Below are positions 10,442 to 20,974 of a stretch of 64,000 nt of DNA, in pieces (position 1 is the stretch's first letter; every line of letters starts with the position of its first letter). Source of the DNA: an uncultured delta proteobacterium. GTDB taxonomy: Bacteria; Desulfobacterota; Desulfobacteria; Desulfobacterales; QNYZ01. The notes under the pieces are model-generated. The model was given only the letters and a program-made list of their open reading frames with translations. It did no database searches and had not been told where the DNA came from. The stretch covers positions 256,001-320,000 of the forward strand of contig CAWJQU010000004.1 in NCBI GenBank assembly GCA_963845145.1, given 5' to 3'. Both the position numbers and the translations under genes were made by a program.

Positions 10442-10600
10442 AAGAGTATTCTTAGTTTGGGAAAGTATTATAAGGTTTATGGGCACACGCAACAGAATAA
10501 TAAATTGAAATTTTAATTGCAATCATTAAATCGATTCTCAAACTATCCGTTTAGAAATGAATTACAGTATATTAAAATTCCATTTTTTAATATTAGCACT

Positions 10601-10617
10601 ATGCAACTGTGTTGCAC
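10601..10617. promoter_or_regulatory. Zur box
   Basis: ATGCAAC-TGT-GTTGCAC upstream of znuA; matches the recalled Desulfovibrio-type Zur motif ATGCAACnnnGTTGCAT. Confidence 0.7.
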
Positions 10618-10787
10618 AAGAAAAGGTCTGGGGGTTTTCGGATTACCCGGTGGTTTGCGGTACGCTGGCGGTATCTGTTCTCGAAAAGAGAAAATGTCGG
10701 TTCGCTTCCGGTCGATAGCTGGAGACCCAATTGATGAAATCAAAGAGGGAAACCAAAGAGGGAAGCCAAAAAGGGTTTTGGGGAAAG

Positions 10788-11414
10788 CTAATTGTCCAAT
10801 TCTAAAAGAGGTAGCAGCTCGTTGAGGCGTTCGATATGAACGGCAGCGGCTGTCATTGAACGGTTACGATAAGCGATGAGGGGCATACCGGCTGCCTGGG
10901 CGGCTTCCTGGTCCAGCTGGGAATCTCCAATATAAATGGCTTGCGCTGGTTTGATTTTGAAATGGTCGGTGACCTTTAACAGCGGATCGGGGTAGGGCTT
11001 GGGGCGGGGGACATCCAGGCAGGAGATCACCAGGTCAAAAAAATCTTTCAGTCCATGGACCTCCAGTACGCGTCCAATGGTATCGCTGCGGTTTGTGGCG
11101 ATGGCGGTGATGAACTTGGGCCTTAATTTTTTTAACACCGGTTTCAAGTCTGGTTCAATTTCCATCAATGGATAAAACGGTTCGTAACCAATGGCGTCGC
11201 GATACGCTTGTACTCGCCGGATGAGATCGGCGTCATCACCGAACAAAAATGCAATACTATTTCCCACTGTGTGCATCTGGATGTATTCAAATTGAGTCGG
11301 TGTCATGTCCGGTTTGCCGAAATGATTCAACAAGCGGTTGTAATAAGCGGTGTTGGCACTGACCGTATCGAACATGACCCCATCGCAGTCAAAGATAACT
11401 GCTTTGGTGGTCAT
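10788..11414 (-). CDS. HAD-superfamily phosphatase
   Basis: FDCDGV motif I, TNR, KPYPDP, YIGDS. Confidence 0.9.
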   Translation of the reverse strand: MTTKAVIFDCDGVMFDTVSANTAYYNRLLNHFGKPDMTPTQFEYIQMHTVGNSIAFLFGDDADLIRRVQAYRDAIGYEPFYPLMEIEPDLKPVLKKLRPKFITAIATNRSDTIGRVLEVHGLKDFFDLVISCLDVPRPKPYPDPLLKVTDHFKIKPAQAIYIGDSQLDQEAAQAAGMPLIAYRNRSMTAAAVHIERLNELLPLLELDN

Positions 11415-11477
11415 GCCGCCGAAATTGGTTAACAGCGATTGACTCACTTTGTTTTCCTGCCTCCCCAAATCATTCAA

Positions 11478-12314
11478 TTATTCATCGGCACCCGGTTTAG
11501 GTGAATCCGGTTTAGACGATTTTTTTTCGGGCGCCGGTTTATCGTTGCTTTTCGGTACGCGAATATTGCCATAAACGCGAATCTTAAATTCAGGTTTCAG
11601 GGGATTGTCCGTTTTGAGCACGATGATGTCATGATATTGCCCGGCCGTTTGACGACTGTTTTCTACTATTAGTTCATATTCGGTTCCGGTTTTCCCGGGT
11701 TTTTCTTTAAGTGCAAATTTGATTTCGTCCCCTTTTTGGGCATTTTTTTCGGTAATGGCAAAGGGGTACTCCTTTTCGGGGATGATGGCCACCGTCTGGG
11801 AGATGGCCTCTCCAACCGTTCCGTTCAGCTGAACACGGGTGGGGCGGATGGTCGCAAATCTTTTCACATACCCTTTGACCACCAGGGTCAGATCTTTCTT
11901 TTTGTGGTCATTGGTCTGGACCGTTATCTTTTTGGTTGTCTGGCGTCCGCCATACCCTTGGGTCGATACTTTGGCTGTGAGGGTTCCCTCGCCACCGGCG
12001 GGGATTTGCTTCGAGTACGAAGCGGCTGTGCACCCTCAGCCCGTGCGTACTTTTAAAATTTTGAGCTCGGCATTGCCGGTGTTTTTTATCACAAAGGTAT
12101 GGGTCACGATCTCGCCATCAAGCACCGGCTTAAATTCATAGATCGGTTTTACGGCCTCAGCTTTGGCAAAGGCCTTGGCCTCGGTCTGCTCTCCTTGGGA
12201 AAGCTTGGTTGTATCGGATGGTTTGGCCGCTTGGTCGGCGAGGCCATCGCCATGGGTCATAAAAAGGCCCACGCCTATCGCAACCATCAATAATAGTGTT
12301 TTTATTCTGCTCAT
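11478..12314 (-). CDS. Exported DUF1573-domain selenoprotein, Sec at UGA 12036-12038
   Basis: Track ORFs 12036..12344 and 11478..11882 are one frame: LKILKVRTG-U-GCTAASYSKQIPAGGEG; U replaces the first Cys of the DUF1573 CGCT motif; RBS before ATG 12314. Confidence 0.85.
12008..12023 (-). promoter_or_regulatory. Candidate bacterial SECIS (DUF1573 gene)
   Basis: GCUUCG-UACU-CGAAGC hairpin starting 13 nt after UGA; GU at +18/+19. Confidence 0.65.
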
Positions 12315-12471
12315 TTTTAAACTCCTCCTATAAAACATAGACAACGCCCGGAATGGCTAATCAAAAACGTGGCTTTTGTCAAGATCCGGTTGCAGAGGCC
12401 CGATCGTTGAAACCCGATCGTTGAAAATCGGGTCGTTGAGACACGGTTTGTAAAAACGAATTCGGTGATGA

Positions 12472-14907
12472 TCACATCATTAAGTACGGATCCACGTCAA
12501 TGGCAATTTGGACCCTGCGATCGTTTTTAACCATGGGGTCGATGGTACTCAGGCGGCGAAGATATTGGTGCAATATGCCGGAGGTTCGTCCCTTGATAAG
12601 AATCTGCCAGCGGTACCGGCCGGAAATCTTGGCCAGTGGGGCTTCGATGGGGCCCAGCACGGAAATTGAACGGGTAAAAGCCTCTTCGAAAGATTGTAGT
12701 TCACGGCAGGCCTTTCCCAGAGCCTGCCCTTTATTTTTGGTGCCGGCCATATTTTTACCGGAGATTTTTAATTGGGCCAATAGCGTAAACGGTGGATAAT
12801 CAAGGGCTTGGCGAAACTGGATTTCCCGTTGATAAAATTGCTTATAATCCTGGAGCTTGGCCGCTTGAATGGTGAAATGGCCGGGATTATAGGTTTGTAA
12901 AATGACCCGCCCCGGAGACTCGCCCCTCCCCGCCCGCCCGGCAACCTGGGCTAGAAGCTGGAAAGTCCGTTCACCGGCACGAAAATCCGGAAAATCCAGA
13001 GAAAGATCCGCGCAAATGATGCCAGCCAGGGTGATATTGGGATAATCGTGCCCTTTGGCCACCATCTGCGTGCCCACGAGGATATCGATTTGACCTTCTT
13101 TGAGTTCTTTGAGGATCTGCTTGAACGCGCCTTTACGGACGGTTGTGTCCCGATCCATTCGTTTTATGCGTGCCGCGGGAAATAATTTTTGAGCGATGGA
13201 TTCCACTTTTTCGGTCCCCATGCCCAGGGCTCGAATTGAGGAAGAGCCGCAGGCCGTGCATTGGATATTTGCCGAACGTGAATACCCGCAATAGTGACAT
13301 TTATACATATGCTGGGCCTGGTGGAGGGTGAGGGTGATATCACAATGACGGCAGTGAACCGGGGAACCGCAGGCCATGCAAACCGGATTTCCGGCAAAAC
13401 CGCGGCGATTCAAAAAAAGAAGGACCTGTTCCCCCCGGTCCAGGGATTGGCGCATGGCCTGATGAAGCGGCTGGGAAATAACCCGGGAAGGACCCCGCAT
13501 GGCCTTGGTTTTGCGTAAGTCGATGATGTCCACCTCAGGGAGCGATCGTTGTTTGACGCGGCGAGGCAGAACAAGTCGGTGGTATTTGCCCGACCCTGCA
13601 TTATAAATGCTTTGAACCGATGGTGTGGCCGACCCGAGCAAAACCAGTGCGTGGCTTAGCTTGGCACGGACGATGGCCAGATCGCGGGCTTGGTAGCGCA
13701 GCCCGGTTTCCTGCTTGAAGGCTGTATCATGTTCCTCATCCACGATGACCAGCCTGACATTTGTCAAGGGTGCAAAAACAGCGGACCGGGCCCCGATCAC
13801 GACCGGCGTTTCCTTATTGATGATGCGTCGCCACTGGTCGAAACGTTCGCCGGTGGACAGGGTACTGTGCAAAACAGCCACCCGATCCCCAAAGCGCGCC
13901 CGAAAGCGTCGCTCGACTTGAGAGATCAAGGCGATTTCGGGTACCAGTACCAGGACCTCTCCCCCGGCTTCAATCACCTGTTTGGCCAAAGAGAGATACA
14001 CTTCGGTTTTGCCGCTGCCGGTGACCCCTGCCAGCAGATAGGTTTTGAATCCGTCTCCCAGGGTGCGGGTTACTTCTCTGACTACTTTTTGCTGATCGGG
14101 CGTTAAGGACGGTGGCCGGTCCCTTCGAACGGTGTCTCCGAAGGGGTCGCGATATACAGGGCGCTGGTGAATTATTACCGCGCCTACGGCCGCCAATCCT
14201 CGAACCACGGCAGCAGCGGTGGGTACCCTTTTGCTTAGTTCGGTCAGGGGAAGCTCACCGTGCTGATTCAGGGCCTCAATGATCTTTTTTCGGGGAGGCG
14301 TGACGGGTTTGATATCGGGCTGGATTAATTGCACAACCCGTTCGGTTTTAATTCGGGTTTGCCGGGTGGAAAGCTGTCTGCGAAATTCAATCCAGCCCTC
14401 GGCTTTCATTCCCGACAGCAGGTCTTTGGGAAGCGGTGTTTTAATTCGGGCTTCCAGTTGCTGTTGTTTGCAAGGACCGGATTCAAGGCATTCCAGAACG
14501 GAACGTTTGAGCGGTAGTATATCGGGCTTTACCAGGGCCGCCTGACCGGATTTCGTGATGGCGATCTCCGTATACTCGGTGAGGTTGAGACCGGCCGGCA
14601 AAGCGGTTTTTATGACCAGGCCAATGGGGTACAGATAGTACTCGGCGATCCATTGAAAAAAGGGAATCATTTCCTGGGGATACAGAGGCGTTTCGTCGAG
14701 GATATCGAGGATTGCTTTGATTTCGCCATTGGGGGGCTGTTCGGAAACCGTCTGGGTGTAGCCGGTGACCCGCCTGTGCCCAAACGGCACTAGTACGCGA
14801 TGGCCAGGAGACACCCTCTCCAGCATCTTAAGGGGCACCCCATAGGTGTAGGTTTTGTGGACGGGTAAAGCCACGGCCACATCGAAGTAGGCGGCAAAAT
14901 CGGTCAT
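12472..14907 (-). CDS. priA: Primosomal protein N'
   Basis: GVTGSGKTEVY, DEEHD, LNRRGF, four CxxC, GTQMVAKGHD, QVAGRAGR, DVDP. Confidence 0.97.
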   Translation of the reverse strand: MTDFAAYFDVAVALPVHKTYTYGVPLKMLERVSPGHRVLVPFGHRRVTGYTQTVSEQPPNGEIKAILDILDETPLYPQEMIPFFQWIAEYYLYPIGLVIKTALPAGLNLTEYTEIAITKSGQAALVKPDILPLKRSVLECLESGPCKQQQLEARIKTPLPKDLLSGMKAEGWIEFRRQLSTRQTRIKTERVVQLIQPDIKPVTPPRKKIIEALNQHGELPLTELSKRVPTAAAVVRGLAAVGAVIIHQRPVYRDPFGDTVRRDRPPSLTPDQQKVVREVTRTLGDGFKTYLLAGVTGSGKTEVYLSLAKQVIEAGGEVLVLVPEIALISQVERRFRARFGDRVAVLHSTLSTGERFDQWRRIINKETPVVIGARSAVFAPLTNVRLVIVDEEHDTAFKQETGLRYQARDLAIVRAKLSHALVLLGSATPSVQSIYNAGSGKYHRLVLPRRVKQRSLPEVDIIDLRKTKAMRGPSRVISQPLHQAMRQSLDRGEQVLLFLNRRGFAGNPVCMACGSPVHCRHCDITLTLHQAQHMYKCHYCGYSRSANIQCTACGSSSIRALGMGTEKVESIAQKLFPAARIKRMDRDTTVRKGAFKQILKELKEGQIDILVGTQMVAKGHDYPNITLAGIICADLSLDFPDFRAGERTFQLLAQVAGRAGRGESPGRVILQTYNPGHFTIQAAKLQDYKQFYQREIQFRQALDYPPFTLLAQLKISGKNMAGTKNKGQALGKACRELQSFEEAFTRSISVLGPIEAPLAKISGRYRWQILIKGRTSGILHQYLRRLSTIDPMVKNDRRVQIAIDVDPYLMM

Positions 14908-15129
14908 TGGTTCAAAGGCATGGTTGAAAAATATAATCCGACTCGAAGCGAAGGCCGATTCGCCGGCAAGGTTTCGCACGCCTTTTGTCCAATGGGGTGG
15001 GGTTGTAAACTGACATGACACATGGCTGTCCTGTTTCCTTTGGTTCCCTTGATTCCCTTGGAAGGCGTCGAACCGGATAAAAGGCTATGAAAGGATTTTT
15101 ATGATGCGTTGGTCACAGACCGTTAGCGT

Positions 15130-16359
15130 TTATTTTTTTCGGACCAGATATTCTTCAATCCGATTACCGTGAACGGTTTTTACAATCACATCGAAATGGT
15201 CTACTTCAATGACTTCTTTCTCTTTGGGGATATGGCCGATCCGGTCTAAAATATACCCCGAAAATGTATCATATTCAGGGGAATCGGGAATATCCATCGG
15301 GACTTTCAGATTGACATCTTCGATATCTGATTTGCCCGGTACCAGCCACTCGTTGCCCTTGATTTTTATAATGTGGGGCGCTTCTTTGTCGGTTTCATCG
15401 GTAATTTCGCCGACCAGCTCCTCTATCACATCCTCCAAAGAGATCAACCCGGATACGCCACCATGTTCGTCCACCACGATGGCCAAATGGCTGCGCCGTT
15501 TTTTAAATTGGGCCAACAGGCTGTCGAGTTTTTTATTTTCCGGTATGAAATAGGGATCGCGCATGACCTTGCGAATATCGATTTCATCGCGACAAACGGC
15601 CTGATGCCCAAACAGATCCTTGATATTGATGATCCCCGCTACGTGGTCGATATCTCCGTCTATAACCGGTACCCGGGTGAATCCCGACTGGCTGACAGCT
15701 TTTAAATCCAAAGGCTTGCCCGCATCGATAACGAACATGTCCGCCCGAGGCGTCATGATCTCCGAGGCGTTGGTATCGTCAAATTCGAACACGTTGTAAA
15801 TCAGATTCCGTTCCTCTTGCTTAATTTCGCCTTCTTCTTCGACCACATCGACAAACGTCATCAGCTCTTTTTCGGTTGCCGTGGGCGTCCTTTTAATTTT
15901 TCCGGTCAAACGTGGAATGAAATTTAAAAAAATCAATACCGGATAAAATACAATGGAGAGCCAGTAAATCGGATAAATGGTCAGTCGGGCGATGAGGATG
16001 TTGTTTCGCGTTGCAACGGATTTGGGAAATACTTCACCGAAAACCAGGATTAATAACGTCATCACCCCTGTGGCCACGCCCACGGCATAAGCAGGAAAAA
16101 ATTTCAGGGTGACGATAGTGGCCAGCGCCGAGGCGCCGACATTGACGACGTTGTTTCCGATTAAAATGGTTGTCAACAGGCGGTGGGGATTGTTCTTCAT
16201 GCGCTGGATCAATAGATCGGTACTGGTGCCTTCTTTAGCAAGGTGGCGAATTTTGGTGCGACTGATGGAAAACATGGCCGTCTCGGCCGAGGAGAAGAAC
16301 CCGGAAAGCAAAAGCAATACCGCTAGTAGTACGATGTCGCTAAACATGGGGGGCAGCAA
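15130..16359 (-). CDS. CNNM/CBS/CorC (hemolysin-like, TlyC) membrane protein
   Basis: SGFFSSAETA, FGEVFPKS, CBS pair, VDEHGG, C-terminal CorC domain. Confidence 0.92.
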   Translation of the reverse strand: MLPPMFSDIVLLAVLLLLSGFFSSAETAMFSISRTKIRHLAKEGTSTDLLIQRMKNNPHRLLTTILIGNNVVNVGASALATIVTLKFFPAYAVGVATGVMTLLILVFGEVFPKSVATRNNILIARLTIYPIYWLSIVFYPVLIFLNFIPRLTGKIKRTPTATEKELMTFVDVVEEEGEIKQEERNLIYNVFEFDDTNASEIMTPRADMFVIDAGKPLDLKAVSQSGFTRVPVIDGDIDHVAGIINIKDLFGHQAVCRDEIDIRKVMRDPYFIPENKKLDSLLAQFKKRRSHLAIVVDEHGGVSGLISLEDVIEELVGEITDETDKEAPHIIKIKGNEWLVPGKSDIEDVNLKVPMDIPDSPEYDTFSGYILDRIGHIPKEKEVIEVDHFDVIVKTVHGNRIEEYLVRKK

Positions 16360-16383
16360 TGGTGGCTAAAAATCTACAATGAA

Positions 16384-16415
16384 ACGGGATTTCGGTTTCG
16401 AGACCAAAATCCCGT
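16384..16415 (-). terminator. Probable intrinsic terminator after cytochrome c3
   Basis: Imperfect hairpin ACGGGATTT...AAATCCCGT followed by Ts on the minus strand. Confidence 0.55.
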
Positions 16416-16491
16416 CTTAAGGCTGATCGTAGTAGTGTGAAGATATTATTGCTGCAAGAGCAAAAAAAAACCATTGGGTCTCAATAAAAGA

Positions 16492-16962
16492 TTACTTGGG
16501 ATGGCATAGAACACATCCGGTGGGGCCGGTGGATTTCATCTGCTGCTTGCCGGCCATGGTCATGGCGATTTTTTTATTAACGGTCTTAATCTCTTTGTGA
16601 CAACCGAGGCACAACTCGTGATACGCATTTTTGTAATACAATATCGCGTCATCACCGCTATCGGGCTTGGGCGCTGCAGCCAATTCGTGGCAACCGGATG
16701 TGCTGCAGGATTGAATCGGTTCCTCTCCGGCGCTCCATTGATGATGGCATTCCATGCAGGCAAAGTTAAAGTGCAAATCATGGGGGAAGTCGACTGCCGA
16801 CCGTTTCGCTTCCACCGATTCCGGTGGTGCGAGGGTTATCGTACCCAAAGGAATACACATCTGTTCGCTGTCTGCCGTGGCGTTATCGCTGGCCGTCACA
16901 ATTGAAATGCATCCCACTGCAATAATGGTGATGCATAAAAAAACAGTTACGATCCTATGCAT
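16492..16962 (-). CDS. Tetraheme cytochrome c3 (class III)
   Basis: Signal peptide; FPHDLH; CMECHH, CSTSGCH, CLGCH, CVLCH. Confidence 0.93.
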   Translation of the reverse strand: MHRIVTVFLCITIIAVGCISIVTASDNATADSEQMCIPLGTITLAPPESVEAKRSAVDFPHDLHFNFACMECHHQWSAGEEPIQSCSTSGCHELAAAPKPDSGDDAILYYKNAYHELCLGCHKEIKTVNKKIAMTMAGKQQMKSTGPTGCVLCHPK

Positions 16963-17151
16963 TCTCTTCTCCCTGTTGAAATTGAAGCTTTAAATTTTTA
17001 CTAAGCGATTAAAATTAATAATATATCCTATTAGTTACGCTATATATCAAGCCTTTTTTTATCGCCACAAGACAACGGCTCGTGCCGGACGATAAGAGAA
17101 ATTTTTCAACGCCTCCATAGTATGTCTTGGTCAAACATGCAACGATTATTT

Positions 17152-17913
17152 TCATGACAGCGTGTTGAGAAATGGGGTTAAATAGTCCAAAAACGCCTTT
17201 GGTTTCTCCACGGCCATCATGTGGCCGGCGTTTTCAATCAGGTGATACTGGCTTTTTGGTAAATGTTGCTTTAAAAACAACCCATATTTGGGAGGTGTCA
17301 GACGATCTTCGGAAGCGGACAAAACCAGGGCCGGATAGTCAATACGGTTAACAGAGGTGCTGATATCAAACGCATTGCAGGCCAAAAAATCGCCCCGGGT
17401 GACCTCCGGATCGGTCTTTAACATTGCCTCCCGGCTTCCTTCTACCAGTTGGGGGGAGGCTTGGGAGCCAAAAGCCCACCGGCAGATCAAGTCAACCGTT
17501 TGGTCATAATCACGGCCAACCCCTTCTATTATATCCGTATGTACGCGCAAGCGAACGCCGGTTCCCACCAGCACCAAGCCCAAGAGCCAGTCCGGTCGCT
17601 CAAGAGCCAGTGTCAAAACAATGGCCCCGCCCAGGGAATGGCCGGCCAGAATTACCCGGCTAAGGCCCAGCGTTAATATAAAATCGTTGATAAAATCGGC
17701 ATAGTCTTTAATCGACTGTCGGCCCGAACCGGACGATAGGCCATGTCCCGGCAGGTCCAACAGCACGACGCCCGTATTTTCAACCGATCGTAAATCATGC
17801 GGCCAGGATTTATGGGTACTCCCGGATCCATGAATAAACAATACGGCGGTGGCCGCCTGGGCGTTGGTCTGCGTGTAATAAATGGATTCGTTGTTGATAT
17901 CGATGCGAGCCAT
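17152..17913 (-). CDS. Alpha/beta hydrolase
   Basis: HGSG, DLPGHG, GHSLGG, AGHM. Confidence 0.92.
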   Translation of the reverse strand: MARIDINNESIYYTQTNAQAATAVLFIHGSGSTHKSWPHDLRSVENTGVVLLDLPGHGLSSGSGRQSIKDYADFINDFILTLGLSRVILAGHSLGGAIVLTLALERPDWLLGLVLVGTGVRLRVHTDIIEGVGRDYDQTVDLICRWAFGSQASPQLVEGSREAMLKTDPEVTRGDFLACNAFDISTSVNRIDYPALVLSASEDRLTPPKYGLFLKQHLPKSQYHLIENAGHMMAVEKPKAFLDYLTPFLNTLS

Positions 17914-17931
17914 AAGCCAGGAAGGCAGGGT

Positions 17932-18396
17932 CTAGCCTGATGAAAGATCCACCGCAGGGGCGGCGGCGATAATTCGTACGATTTTGGGTTTATAGGCGTC
18001 TGTTTGAGCCAGTTGATTGCCTTTGGACTTCATAAAGAAAAACGCCCCGACAAAGAACAAGGCTGCCATACCGGGTGATGTCCAGGTCGGATTTAGGCTG
18101 GAAATCGTTCCTGCCCACTGTCCCAAACCGGCACCGGCAAGCATACACAAGATGGGGAAAACATAAATTAGAAAGGAAGCCTTCAAAAGGGAAGCAGAGT
18201 CAATGTTGAGAAGAATGCGGTCTCCTACCTGTGCTTGAACCGGGTTTACGACTTCCACCAGGGTTTCCAGGTGATTATCCTGGGGTGAGCATGAATGCCG
18301 TGCGGAACAGCTTTTACACGCACCGCTTCGTGTGGTTTTTACCATGGCGGTTGTGAGCGAGGGTATCGCTGTAACAATGCCTTCTTCATTGGCCAT
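17932..18396 (-). CDS. rseC: RseC/MucC family membrane protein
   Basis: CKSCSARHSC cluster followed by two TM helices; follows rnfB. Confidence 0.85.
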   Translation of the reverse strand: MANEEGIVTAIPSLTTAMVKTTRSGACKSCSARHSCSPQDNHLETLVEVVNPVQAQVGDRILLNIDSASLLKASFLIYVFPILCMLAGAGLGQWAGTISSLNPTWTSPGMAALFFVGAFFFMKSKGNQLAQTDAYKPKIVRIIAAAPAVDLSSG

Positions 18397-18416
18397 GGTA
18401 AAACCCCCAGTCTGAT

Positions 18417-20555
18417 TCAGCCCGCCACTTGGGTTGCTTCAGCCACCTTGGTATCTTCACTATTGTCTTCACTCGGAAGTGTCACCAAAGCCTCGGACGC
18501 TTCGGTGTGTTGATAACAGATCAGCCCGCATTTGAGGCACCGTTGCGCTTCCGCCTTGGCCAGAGCCTCGTTAAATCCCGTTTCCACCTCTTGGCAATCC
18601 GGCTCATCGCAAAGGGGCATAATCGTTCTTGGTTCTGCCTTTACTTCTTCAACGGCATCCACGTTCTGTATCACGGACACGGGTGTCAATACATTGTCGG
18701 GATGCGTCAGGGGCAGCGCCAGCATGGACTGATGAATAGCGGCGGCGGCCCGACGTCCGGCACCGATGGCTCGAATGGCACCTGAAAAGTCGCTGAGCAC
18801 ATCCCCCTGGGCCAAAAGTCCTTTCTGATCGTGATGGGCGGGATCCTTGAATGACTCAAACGCCTCCCATGCTAAAATATCGGTCTCGGGCTGATTCGCC
18901 GCGTCGGATTCCGCTTCGGTTGCCTCGTCGTCCACTTCCGGCTGGATTCTCGTAAACACCAACTGGGGAAACCGGCCGGTGGCAAGAATCAGGGAATCAG
19001 CAGTTGTCTTTTTGGTTTCAGTACCTTTTTGACCACTATATTCAATATGGGTTAAACGGTTTCCTTCGCCGAATAAACGGGTAATGCCGGTATCAAACAA
19101 GATTTCGACACTGTCGGCCTTGAGCGTCTCTATCTCATCTTCGGTCAGTACCTGCTCAGTTTCCTTTTCCCGGAAAATAGCGGTGATTTTATCCGCCCCC
19201 AGTTGGCGACACTTTTTAGCTGCCTCGATAACCGATGTGCCGCCGCCGGCAATGACGGCATGGGAGCCCATGTTGATTCCGGCGTTGGCATCATCACCGA
19301 AACGCAGCAGGTCAATCATAAGCCACAATCCCGGCACCGGGCTTTCCACTGCGCCGCCGGCACCCCGGGCCAGCCGGCTGTCCCATCCCCCGGTGGCCAG
19401 AAAAACAGCCTCGACATCTTTTTCAAACAGCGAGGAAATGGTTAAATCCCGGCCCAGCACCTGGCCTGTTTCCGCTTTTACCCCCATTTCCAGAACACCT
19501 TCGATGTCCCAGTCGAGAATATCCATGGAGAGCCGATTGGCGGCGATGGCGCTTCGCAGCAGCCCACCCAGCTTGTCCGTGGCTTCATAAAGGACCGTAT
19601 CATGTCCCAGTCGGGCGGTAAAAAAGGCGGTGGACAAGCCTTCCACACCGCCGCCGATGATGGCGACGCTACGGCCGGTGTCCGGGGCTTTATAGGGAAG
19701 AATGCGTTTACCGATCTCTTTTTCATAATCGGCGACGAATCGTTTGAGAAAATTGATTCCCACGGGTTCATCGATCAGTTGACGTCGGCATTCATCTTCA
19801 CAAGGTCGGGGGCAGATACGGCCGATCACCGTGGGGAAGGGATTGCGTTCTTTTATCACCTGGACCGAGCGGTGATAATCGCCCAGGGAAATTTGGTGGA
19901 TATATTCGCAAATATCGATACCCGCCGGGCAGGCCCGCTGGCATGGGGTGGTGCAATCTTCGGTGGTGTATTCCCGAATAATCCGTCGGGTTATCGAAGA
20001 GAGGCTGATAATGTGTTTGGGGCAAACCCGCTCGCAGGCACCGCAACCGGTGCACCGGGTTTCATTGACGACCGGCAATCCTTCCGGCCCCATGCTCAAA
20101 GCGCCGAACTGGCATACTTTGACGCAACTGCCCAAACCGAGGCATCCGATCGAGCAAACCTTCATGCCGCCGCTCAACAATGCCGCCGCCCGGCAATCGC
20201 TCAGCCCGTCGTAGATGTATTTTACATCAGCATCGGCCACGCCGTAGGTGCATCCCGGTTTGGCGATGTCGGGTTCTTTGGCTTCGATGCTCATGCCCAT
20301 GATGGCGGCAATGGCTTCGGCCACATCCGAACCGGCGGCCACACAGGAGTTGGGCGTGGATTTGCCGGCCACAATGGCTTCGGCGTTGGGCCCGCACCCC
20401 GGAAAGCCGCAACCACCGCAATTGGCCCCGGGTAAGGCGTCATCCACGGCTAGGACTTTGGGATCCACGTAGACATAAAAAACTTTAGACGCCACGGCCA
20501 GCCCGATGCCGACGATGACACCCATGATTCCCATGATAATTATTGCTGCTGCCAT
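18417..20555 (-). CDS. rnfB: RnfB fused to a GltD-like FAD/Fe-S oxidoreductase module
   Basis: N-terminal TM, LPGANCGGCGFPGC, ferredoxin motifs; then PCQRACP...GRICPRPCEDEC, dinucleotide folds, EAQRCLKCG. Confidence 0.88.
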   Translation of the reverse strand: MAAAIIIMGIMGVIVGIGLAVASKVFYVYVDPKVLAVDDALPGANCGGCGFPGCGPNAEAIVAGKSTPNSCVAAGSDVAEAIAAIMGMSIEAKEPDIAKPGCTYGVADADVKYIYDGLSDCRAAALLSGGMKVCSIGCLGLGSCVKVCQFGALSMGPEGLPVVNETRCTGCGACERVCPKHIISLSSITRRIIREYTTEDCTTPCQRACPAGIDICEYIHQISLGDYHRSVQVIKERNPFPTVIGRICPRPCEDECRRQLIDEPVGINFLKRFVADYEKEIGKRILPYKAPDTGRSVAIIGGGVEGLSTAFFTARLGHDTVLYEATDKLGGLLRSAIAANRLSMDILDWDIEGVLEMGVKAETGQVLGRDLTISSLFEKDVEAVFLATGGWDSRLARGAGGAVESPVPGLWLMIDLLRFGDDANAGINMGSHAVIAGGGTSVIEAAKKCRQLGADKITAIFREKETEQVLTEDEIETLKADSVEILFDTGITRLFGEGNRLTHIEYSGQKGTETKKTTADSLILATGRFPQLVFTRIQPEVDDEATEAESDAANQPETDILAWEAFESFKDPAHHDQKGLLAQGDVLSDFSGAIRAIGAGRRAAAAIHQSMLALPLTHPDNVLTPVSVIQNVDAVEEVKAEPRTIMPLCDEPDCQEVETGFNEALAKAEAQRCLKCGLICYQHTEASEALVTLPSEDNSEDTKVAEATQVAG

Positions 20556-20777
20556 ATCTTCAACTCCTGTTCACTCAAGACACCGAAAGCCGCTGTTTCG
20601 GGAAAATGGTTTCGGGAAAAATGATATTATCGACCACCGCCATGCATATCCTAAAGCGGGGGTAATATCAAGCGACGAATGCCCGGTTTTTACAACGGGT
20701 TTTTACAACGGGACTTGACATATCATGGCCCAAAAATAGTACAAACCGATGTCGTTGTTTGGGTGAAAAGAATCTAT

Positions 20778-20940
20778 TACCTAAGTTGAGCGATTTTTTG
20801 CGAAGCTATGTGCCAAGATATTGAGATGATAAGGATTTCAAAAAACGGAGGCATACCCGTTGGATATGCCGAGTATTTTTGAAAGCCTTAGCGCTCAATA
20901 GATTGGTGCAGAGCGAGTAAAAAACCGCTCAATTTAGGTA
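20778..20940. mobile_element. Palindromic MITE/REPIN-like element, full copy
   Basis: 15-bp terminal inverted repeats TACCTAAGTTGAGCG / CGCTCAATTTAGGTA (1 mismatch); interior folds back on itself; partial copies at 21802, 38685, 55505. Confidence 0.75.
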
Positions 20941-20974
20941 TTAATTACCGTCATTTGAAACAAAAGGAGCGAAT

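Noticed and set aside
19602..20435. Long antisense ORFs (also 23600-24238, 32807-33511 and many shorter)
   Set aside because: Shadows of well-supported genes on the other strand; no recognisable domains
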